Assembly: GCA_964567715.1 (NCBI GenBank) | Contig: CAZMNT010000002.1 | Location: forward strand, 1 to 32,000 | Direction: 5' to 3' | DNA: 32,000 nt | DNA from: an uncultured Nitrosopumilaceae archaeon | GTDB taxonomy: Archaea; Thermoproteota; Nitrososphaeria; Nitrososphaerales; Nitrosopumilaceae | Translations under genes and position numbers: made by a program | The notes under the pieces: generated by a model | What the model saw: the letters and a program-made list of their open reading frames with translations, nothing else | What the model was told of the DNA's origin: nothing | Database searches by the model: none | In this document: positions 25,433 through 32,000 of the stretch, piece by piece | Layout of the letters: each line of letters opens with the position of its first letter | How positions within the stretch are numbered: position 1 is the stretch's first letter

Positions 25433-25711
25433 ATGGACAAGCGTATCTTCCTGCTTGGCGTCTCGATGCTGGTAATTGGAGGAGTATCATGGTTTTACTT
25501 GAACAACACACAACCAATGGTCACATCCGGAATGACAGAGGAAGAGACTAGCGCATTTTATCAGGCAGTTGCATGGAACACGGGACTGCAAAATATATCA
25601 GGAATGGTGGCAGGATTAGGGTTTTTCATTGCACTAATCAGCATAGGACTGAAGCGCAGAAAGAGGGGCGATGGAGGAAAGTCAATCACGCAAAAGCCTG
25701 CCCAGACCTAG
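25433..25711 (+). CDS. hypothetical membrane protein
   Basis: 92 aa with two TM helices and a basic C-terminus, located between the two mqn genes. Confidence 0.5.
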   Translation: MDKRIFLLGVSMLVIGGVSWFYLNNTQPMVTSGMTEEETSAFYQAVAWNTGLQNISGMVAGLGFFIALISIGLKRRKRGDGGKSITQKPAQT

Positions 25712-26829
25712 AATATCTTTAGAATCTTGAAAAAGGTGTCTCTTTGCGCGGCACTTCTGCCAATCTCTTTTATCAAGTTTGCAAGCTCCATGATAGAAGA
25801 GTGCGCTCCCTTGCCTGCTGCACGGTAAATCTCCTCTGAGAATGCAGTCCCAACAAGGTCGTTCCCACCATATGTGAGTGCCACTTGCGAGAGCTTCTTT
25901 CCAAGTGCCACCCAGTAGACAGAGATATTGTTGAGCTGCTGTGCAAGCATCAGCCTTGATATTGCGATAATTCTCAGGTCATATGTAGAGGGGCTTTCTG
26001 ACTTGACAAGCCCTGCCTTTTCAAGTTCGGTGTTTTCAAGGCTAAATTTGAGGGGGATAAACGTAATGAATCCCTTGGTCCTTTTCTGTACATCGCGTAA
26101 CTTTACAAGATGGTCTACAATGTGTTCTGGCTTTTCAATATGGCCAAAGAGCATTGTTGCATTGCTCTTTATTCCAAGATTGTGGGCCTGCTCTATTGTA
26201 TCAAGCCACTCTTGGCCCGAGCACTTGCCTCGAACTATCTTGTTTCGAATATCAGGATGGAATAGCTCAGCTCCTCCGCCCGGCATAGAGTCAAGCCCTG
26301 CTGCCTTGAGCCGCAACAATACCTCTTTTACAGAATTTTTGGTTAGTTTTGATAAGAAGAAGATCTCGGCTGCTGTAAGCGCCTTTATGTTAAGTTCATG
26401 ATGGCTCTTTTTTATTGTGCGAAACATCTCTTCATAGTATTCCAAAGGCAGATCAGGATGAAACCCGCCCACTATGTGCACCTCGGTTGCGCCCATCTCC
26501 TTTACCTTGCCTACTCTTGCCTCAATGTCCTGTGGTGTCAGTGTATAGGCATCCTTTTCATTTCCCTTTCTGTAAAATGCACACATCTGGCAGCTTGCTG
26601 CACAGACATTTGTGTAATTCAGATAATACGATGCTGCAAAGGTTACGGTATTGCCAACAAGTTTTTGTCGGACAAGATCTGCTGCGGCTCCAAGCATGTA
26701 GAGGTTGTCATATGACATCAGGTCAAGGCCATCGTTGTATGAGAGTTCCTCGCCTGCTATTGCTCTCTCAAGAGCCTTCGAGTCCTTGACCAGTTTTTCT
26801 AGCACGCCCTTTGTTGATTTCAGTACCAA
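25708..26829 (-). CDS. radical SAM enzyme of the CofH/MqnC/MqnE family (futalosine pathway)
   Basis: CAASCQMCAF (CxxxCxxC) preceded by YLNYTNVC, plus HIVGGFHPDLPLEYY, LDSMPGGGAELF, NATMLFGHIE, FIPLKF. I cannot separate MqnE from MqnC by eye. Confidence 0.88.
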   Translation of the reverse strand: MVLKSTKGVLEKLVKDSKALERAIAGEELSYNDGLDLMSYDNLYMLGAAADLVRQKLVGNTVTFAASYYLNYTNVCAASCQMCAFYRKGNEKDAYTLTPQDIEARVGKVKEMGATEVHIVGGFHPDLPLEYYEEMFRTIKKSHHELNIKALTAAEIFFLSKLTKNSVKEVLLRLKAAGLDSMPGGGAELFHPDIRNKIVRGKCSGQEWLDTIEQAHNLGIKSNATMLFGHIEKPEHIVDHLVKLRDVQKRTKGFITFIPLKFSLENTELEKAGLVKSESPSTYDLRIIAISRLMLAQQLNNISVYWVALGKKLSQVALTYGGNDLVGTAFSEEIYRAAGKGAHSSIMELANLIKEIGRSAAQRDTFFKILKIF

Positions 26830-26848
26830 TATAAAACTAGAGACAGGT

Positions 26849-27031
26849 TCACCTGAACAGAGCTTTTCTTGTTATTACGTCGGAACACTTGTTGTGTTTC
26901 ATGCAATAGTTCTGGCATTCTTTTGCAGTGTACGGTTCTGCATACCCAAACCCACACTTGTCACAAAAATAATACTTTTTTCCCTTCCTGTACTGTTCTT
27001 GAACCATATACAAGATATGGCACTGATCCAA
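26849..27031 (-). CDS. small zinc-finger protein
   Basis: 60-aa ORF with KKYYFCDKCGFGY...AKECQNYCMKHNKC (CxxC plus C..C/H cluster). Met at 27007 is an alternative start. Confidence 0.5.
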   Translation of the reverse strand: MDQCHILYMVQEQYRKGKKYYFCDKCGFGYAEPYTAKECQNYCMKHNKCSDVITRKALFR

Positions 27032-27108
27032 AATTTAGAACTTTGGGATACAACAGCAACTCAAGTTTTATGGCATAGTTATTGTATTGCAACATAATTG
27101 AGGATATC

Positions 27109-27510
27109 ATGAAATTACATCACATAGGGGTCGTAGTTCCAAACATAGAGGACTCGCTTGGCGAGCTCAAAGGATTCATGACCTTTCAAAGTGTAAGCCT
27201 GCCAATGCCTGTTGCCACAAGAAAGGTAAACGTCTGCTTCCTCAAGATAGGCGAGCCGTTTCTTGAACTTATAGAGCCAACATCTGAAGACTCGGGCGTT
27301 TCAGAATTTGCATCAAGGGGTGGTGGGATTCACCACCTCTGCTTTGAGGTAGACGACATACAAAAGGAGGTGGATGCAATGGTAAGCAAGGGTGCAACAC
27401 TTCTTGTGGCAACAGAGAAGGGCTTTGATGATAGAAGAATCGCATTTGTGGACCTTAACCTAAAAAACACAAACTGCGGACTCGTCGAATTTCTTGAAAC
27501 CAAAAAGTAG
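27109..27510 (+). CDS. mce: methylmalonyl-CoA epimerase (VOC superfamily)
   Basis: MKLHHIGVVVPNIEDSL...FLELIEP...SGVSEF....GGGIHHLCFEVDDI...GATLL is the typical epimerase pattern. Internal ATG 27109 is preferred over 27082. Confidence 0.86.
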   Translation: MKLHHIGVVVPNIEDSLGELKGFMTFQSVSLPMPVATRKVNVCFLKIGEPFLELIEPTSEDSGVSEFASRGGGIHHLCFEVDDIQKEVDAMVSKGATLLVATEKGFDDRRIAFVDLNLKNTNCGLVEFLETKK

Positions 27511-27530
27511 ATTTTATCGAGCATGTTTTT

Positions 27531-28032
27531 ATGATCCTTGCCACGTTGCTCGGTGAGTCAGACGCCTTGACAGCATTGATCTTTGGTTTGGTGCGTGGTA
27601 ACAGAAAGATATTGGCAAGAAATCTCAGTTTTGAGATGCCTGAGATCTCAATGGAGGACACATTCCACGATGAGATAATATTTCTTGTTAGATCATTTTT
27701 CTTTGTATTAGTGGGATTGATTGCAGAGTTTGGGCAGCTAAGATACCTCATAGTCTGAATCATAATCTCGCTTGTACTTTATCTGTCAAGAAGGTTGATT
27801 GCCGCGTCATTGCTTACCTCAAGATTTCCTGAGTTTGATAGAATAGTAGGGAGGGCCATGGTCCAGAGGACTTGCAGCTGCGGTGCTTGCTACGTTTGCC
27901 CTGCCGTTTGCAGTTCCACATGCCAAGGTCCATACCGAGATTGCCTTTATTGTGATAATTGGCACTGTAATTATTACAACAATAGACATTGGAAAGATCT
28001 CAAAGAAAAAGGATGCGGTAGTTGTGAATTGA
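27531..28032 (+). pseudogene. cation:proton antiporter (CPA/NhaP-like), C-terminal remnant with in-frame TGA and frameshift
   Basis: ...GESDALTALIFGLVRGN...FFFVLVGLIAEFGQL, then TGA (27756-27758), with the same frame continuing IIISLVLYLSRRLIAASLLTSRF..DRIVGRAMV. The frame then shifts (about 27861-27866) to RGLAAAVLATFALPFAV...IAFIVIIGTVIITTI, ending at 28032. The N-terminal two-thirds is absent because mce ends at 27510. Confidence 0.55.
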
Positions 28033-28197
28033 TCCAGTTCTTGTCTTTTCCAGACTGTAAAAAATTTTTATATCTTCATGTTACAACTTTTATACGGCCT
28101 TCAAAGAACTATACTGTTTCAGCTGTAAGAGGATTCTTGGAAGGTATAATGAGAAATATTTTACCGAGGTAACAATAAACGAGATTATCATGAAAAA

Positions 28198-28230
28198 CCA
28201 CATCTCATGTATAAGATGTGGACATGAGAT
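28198..28230. repeat. two interleaved perfect inverted repeats
   Basis: CCACATCT (28198-28205) pairs with AGATGTGG (28214-28221), and ATCTCATGT (28202-28210) pairs with ACATGAGAT (28222-28230). The two stems are mutually exclusive. Confidence 0.4.
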
Positions 28231-28284
28231 ATGTATCAAAAGGATTGATTAGCTCATCTGAAAAACATGAAGTAAAACCAGAAG

Positions 28285-29046
28285 CTAGAAAGATTTTAGT
28301 CGTGATCTTTGAGATAACAATATAATAGATATTATTGAGACTGCTAGGACTAAGGACACCACGGGGCCAAACTCTGGAACAAAGGTTGTACTCTTTGCAA
28401 ACATCACATCACTGTACTGTCCTACTCCTATCCATGTCAAGTATACTGCATTTGATGTTGCGCCCATTTGGTTATACCACGAATTGTTGGTGCCATTGTT
28501 TACCTCTACCGGAGATCCAAAGCTATTCCCGTTATCGGTGCTTTTGACAATGTAGACATCATAGTTGCCTAGCGTATTGTCAACCCAGCTTACGTAGATG
28601 TTTCCATCAACAGCTATCTTAGGCCAACCAGACGCACCTGGATTGTTGCTTATGTCAAGTGGTTGGTCAAATGTCTTGCCACCGTCAGTGCTCTTTGCAA
28701 AGAAGATTTCATAATTTTTGTCAGTTACAATCTCAGTCCATACAATGTAAACGTTATTGGCAGATACAGCAAGTTGTGGGTATCCAGAGTCTAGCTTTGT
28801 CCTGCTTATGTCTACTGGAGTTGCAAATGTCTGCCCTCCATCACTACTTTTTGAAAAAAATATGTCAAAGTTTCCAGAAGAGTCATCCATCCATACTGCA
28901 TAGACATTGTTTCCATTTACTGCCATCTGAGGAGCTCCCGAATTGCCTTGGTTCACACTTATGTTGACTGGAGTGGAAAACATATTTCCAGAGTCGTTGC
29001 TTGTACTCAAGAATATGTCATAGTTTTTTACTCCATTGTCCTCCAC
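28285..29046 (-). CDS. BNR/Asp-box repeat protein, C-terminal part with PEFG-CTERM-like anchor
   Basis: Asp-boxes SSDGGQTF, STDGGKTF and STDNGNSF within repeated NNVY.VW units. The C-terminus VPEFGPVVSLVLAVSIISIILLSQRSRLKSF has a PEFG motif, a TM helix and a basic tail. The GTG 'start' is probably an artefact of the frameshift at about 29043. Confidence 0.78.
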   Translation of the reverse strand: MEDNGVKNYDIFLSTSNDSGNMFSTPVNISVNQGNSGAPQMAVNGNNVYAVWMDDSSGNFDIFFSKSSDGGQTFATPVDISRTKLDSGYPQLAVSANNVYIVWTEIVTDKNYEIFFAKSTDGGKTFDQPLDISNNPGASGWPKIAVDGNIYVSWVDNTLGNYDVYIVKSTDNGNSFGSPVEVNNGTNNSWYNQMGATSNAVYLTWIGVGQYSDVMFAKSTTFVPEFGPVVSLVLAVSIISIILLSQRSRLKSF

Positions 29047-29693
29047 ATCAGATACACATTGTTCCCGTTTGCGTAGATCTTTGGGATCCCAGAATTTCCC
29101 CTGTGGCTGGTCACGTCAACTGGTAAGCCAAACGTTTTACCGCCGTCATCACTTTTTGCATTTAGTACGTTTGTCACATCTCCCGCGGTTCTCTCAAGCC
29201 ATGCAACATAGACGTGATTGCCGTACATTGCCACCTGAGGAAATGCCGAGTCCTTTGAGGCATCGCTGATTCTAATAGGCGTACCAAAGGTTGTCCCGTT
29301 GTCATTACTTTTTGCAAATGCTATGCTTGACCTATTTGCTGCAAAAGACTGCCAGACAACACCTATCTTCCCCCCAAACTCTGCAATCTTGATATTATCA
29401 GGCGCTCCTCCGATTGTTCGCAGATTGGTTTCATTTCCAAAGGAGGTTCCTCCGTCGCTGCTTTTTGCAAACTTGGCCCCAAACTTGCCGGCCGAGTTGT
29501 CTATCCATCCAACGTACACATTGTTTCCTGAGACCAGTAGCTGTGGTATCGTAGAGTTGCCGTTGGGTGAGCTAATAGATACAGCATTTGTAAATCCATT
29601 GGATTCTGCAAAAACACTTGATACAGGTATACAAAATGTTATCATTAAAAGGGCAAGTACAGTTCTTTGCATACAAGGCACTTTGTCGCGCAT
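29028..29693 (-). CDS. BNR/Asp-box repeat protein, N-terminal part with signal peptide
   Basis: Signal-like MQRTVLALLMITFCIPVSSVFA and Asp-boxes SSDGGTSF, SNDNGTTF, SDDGGKTF. It ends ...NNVYLMWRTME*, exactly where the next repeat unit continues in another frame. Confidence 0.78.
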   Translation of the reverse strand: MRDKVPCMQRTVLALLMITFCIPVSSVFAESNGFTNAVSISSPNGNSTIPQLLVSGNNVYVGWIDNSAGKFGAKFAKSSDGGTSFGNETNLRTIGGAPDNIKIAEFGGKIGVVWQSFAANRSSIAFAKSNDNGTTFGTPIRISDASKDSAFPQVAMYGNHVYVAWLERTAGDVTNVLNAKSDDGGKTFGLPVDVTSHRGNSGIPKIYANGNNVYLMWRTME

Positions 29694-29721
29694 TATAAGA
29701 TAGTTTTGATTTTAGAAGCAA

Positions 29722-30108
29722 TCACGGAATTGTCCCGTCCACTATCATGTTTAGCTCCACCCTCTTCTTTGTGTTTACGGTGTTTGCCACGTGCGATACA
29801 AGAACTATCTCTTTGGCATCTTTTCCAAGAGTGGTATTAATCTCAACTGGTTTGAACTCTGTATTTGGCCCAAGCATTATCTTTGGCAAGAGTTCGAGTA
29901 TTGACATATCGCTTGTTGTTGCCTTTATCTTGTAAGCTGTTGTATCAGTAAAGTACACACCACCTCTTGTGGTAGGTTTTCGGACAGGAATTTTGGATTT
30001 TACTATAGAGACACTCTCGAGGTGGAATGTTTTTTCGTCAACATGCATTGAATATCTCAGGCTTGCATCTTGTGTTAGCTTTGACATGATATCCTCGTTT
30101 ACCTGCAC
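29722..30108 (-). CDS. hypothetical protein
   Basis: 128-aa ORF (Met at residue 8 is also possible) with beta-rich composition. No family recognised. Confidence 0.45.
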   Translation of the reverse strand: MQVNEDIMSKLTQDASLRYSMHVDEKTFHLESVSIVKSKIPVRKPTTRGGVYFTDTTAYKIKATTSDMSILELLPKIMLGPNTEFKPVEINTTLGKDAKEIVLVSHVANTVNTKKRVELNMIVDGTIP

Positions 30109-30533
30109 AAAATGTACACTATAGCATAGAGGTAATAATCTTGCCCTTTAGCCGGCAACTTGTGGATCAAGAACAGATTCTAGCAGCTTCAAAACTTATT
30201 GATACTCAAACACCCGGTGCCTTCCATATTTGAGATGGTAGTTTTTTGTATTGCTTGATTACCATTAGTCACAAGAGCGCCCCCCCATAGTTAAAGCCAC
30301 AAATACCGAATACCTACAACAGTAGCACCAATTGCTGCAACTATTGAAATTTTTTTGGTTTGTTGTGCAAGCAATCATTAAATTTTCTTATTATTTTATT
30401 TAAAAGTAGACAAGATAATGCGGTATACCTAATCTTGTAACCATCGTTCATAAAATGACGCTTACCTTGCAACTCTGATAAAAAAGAAATTCCCAAAGTT
30501 TTTGGGTCGTCATGTTTTATGGCTAAAACATAA

Positions 30534-31898
30534 TTGAAAAACTATGATATAGAATCAGCTTGGAATTATCACAACGGAACAAAGCACCCAAACGGAACAT
30601 TGCTAAGCAGATTTCACACATACAACCCGGCAAATAGACCCATACCTTACAAGATTTACAAAGACATGCCTCAAATCAGACTTGAACTGGATAAACAACG
30701 TGGAGTTTAGAGCTGCGTCGTGTACTGGAGCCCTCTATCATATTGAGATGTAGTTATAAGCTCTGACATTTCAGGACTTGCAGCAGGTGTATACTACTTT
30801 GACCCCAAAAATAACTCCCTGACCGTACTGCGAATAGGAGACTATCGTAGGGTTCTAGCAGACTGCATTGCAGACGAACCTTTTGTTTCTGCCGCACCCG
30901 TAACGCTTGTCTATACCGACATATTTTCAAGAAACTCAATCAAGTATCAGGCAAGGGAGTACAGACACGCATTCTGGGATTACGGTACAATTGTAGCAAA
31001 CTCCCTTGCAATGACAGGCGCATACCAAGTGCCATACAAATTGATACTTGGTTTTGTTGATTCCAAGATAAACGAGCTTTTAGGCCTTGATGAAAAAAGA
31101 AGCTGCGCTGGTAATGTTGTCGCTTGGCCATGTAAAAAAAGATACTTCAGTCTCCCGCTCTAGACAAAGTTGCAAAGTCAGAACCTTTGGAATATAACTT
31201 GGATATTGCAGCAATAAATGAGATTCACAGATCTTCATCTCTTTTAAACGCAAAGGAAGTCTCTGTATGGAGAAGGCAGATGAGTCCAACAGTTTATCAA
31301 CCAACCTCAAAATAAATCAAGCTTGGAAATAGTATTGACTGCAATGAGAGATTGGAACATACAATAATCAGGCGCGGCTCTATACGCAGCTTTTCCCATG
31401 ATTCCATATCACTTGATCCGCTGTCTACCATATTGAAGAGGGTGACGAGTGGCATCATCTCAGATTTTGAGGAAAACGATACCATCAATGACATTTACTT
31501 GATTGTTAATGCCATAGATGGCCTTGAAGAGGGGCATATTTTTACAACAGGAAGGAAAACTTGCTTGAGATTCTACAACAAGGAAATTTACGTGACGTAT
31601 TGGGTTATCTAGGACTTGACCAGAGCTTACCATATGACGCTTCATCTACAATATTTTTCATGGTAGACCTTGACAGAATTTTAAAAATTTTTGGCAATCG
31701 TGGATATGGGGTAGCACAGTTAGATGCAAGCATTACTGCAGGAAAGATGTATCGTGCTGCATATGTCCTGAAGATTGAGCCACTGGCCTTACGTTTTATG
31801 ACGATGAGATGACAGAGTTTTTCTCACCTCATGCAAGCAACAAAAGCGTCATGTTCATCCTTGCAGTAGGCAAGAAGGCAAAGAGATACCACCAGTAG
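30534..31898 (+). pseudogene. two-domain SagB-type/nitroreductase-family dehydrogenase, multiply disrupted
   Basis: Fragments in three frames: (TTG)KNYDIESAWNYHNGTKHPNG...RPIPYKIY (stop 30708-30710); RAASCTGALYHIEM*; a 139-codon open stretch VVISSDISGLAAGVYYFDPKNN...KYQAREYRHAFWDYGTIVANS...LGLDEK; then LVMLSLGHV after an A6 run (31093-31098). The second domain reads IIRRGSIRSFSHDSISLDPLSTIL...DIYLIVNAIDGLEEG..., ...GNRGYGVAQLDASITAGKMY..., ...VMFILAVGKK. Confidence 0.6.
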
Positions 31899-31941
31899 CA
31901 TTCCAAGTCTCAATGCTTAAATCTACATCATCGAACCCAAC

Positions 31942-32000
31942 ATGGAGATGCAGGCCAAGACAAGATATGCCATACTTGCGTTGCTCATCTTGATTCCCTC
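31942..32000 (+). CDS. 5' end of a gene encoding a signal/TM-bearing protein (partial)
   Basis: The ATG at 31942 opens MEMQAKTRYAILALLILIP..., which runs off the window edge. Confidence 0.25.
   Translation, partial: MEMQAKTRYAILALLILIP

Noticed and set aside
25928-26789. Plus-strand ORFs of 105-157 aa inside the radical-SAM gene
   Set aside because: They are antisense shadows of a strongly supported CxxxCxxC radical-SAM enzyme.
27455-27763. 102-aa minus-strand ORF
   Set aside because: It is antisense to the mce 3' end and the antiporter remnant, has no motifs, and would overlap a well-supported gene.
1-32000. CRISPR arrays, rRNA genes, IS elements with terminal inverted repeats
   Set aside because: Reading through the window, I found no regularly spaced direct repeats, no rRNA-like conserved blocks and no transposase-like ORFs. 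The only mobile-element signatures are the intein and the integrase remnant.

Overview
AT-rich archaeal chromosomal window. Its gene content looks like an ammonia-oxidising thaumarchaeon (Nitrosopumilales-like), though this is my inference from gene families and not a database hit. Housekeeping genes dominate. They include TFB, a TRAM-domain protein, TatC plus a short TatA, PurP, a DUF151 nuclease, a class I methyltransferase, a VOC/PhnB protein, DedA and a CorA-like transporter. Also present are a DnaJ/TPR protein, aEF-2, a stand-alone Lrp/AsnC domain, two futalosine-pathway Mqn genes and methylmalonyl-CoA epimerase. Secreted or surface proteins are a metzincin protease and a BNR/Asp-box protein ending in a PEFG-CTERM-like anchor. 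The clearest non-routine feature is a 425-codon LAGLIDADG intein inserted exactly in the Walker A motif (GLGK|T) of an SNF2-family helicase. The second theme is many disrupted genes: a frameshifted, truncated tyrosine-recombinase remnant next to an aberrant tRNA-like element, a SIS-domain remnant, an ORF pair joined across an A8 slippery run, a truncated cation/proton antiporter with an in-frame TGA, a BNR gene split by one missing G, and a badly decayed two-domain SagB/nitroreductase gene. Several breaks sit in homopolymer runs, so sequencing error must be separated from real decay. Several real-looking genes fall below the 60-aa ORF-track cutoff (TatA, a CxxC-x17-CxxC protein, a C2H2 zinc finger, a HicB-like micro-ORF). 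I saw no CRISPR array, rRNA, intact transposon or convincing multi-gene defence system. The candidate novel items are speculative: a J-domain/TPR gene with two coupled micro-ORFs, GC-rich structured islands, and a Lys-rich micro-ORF.
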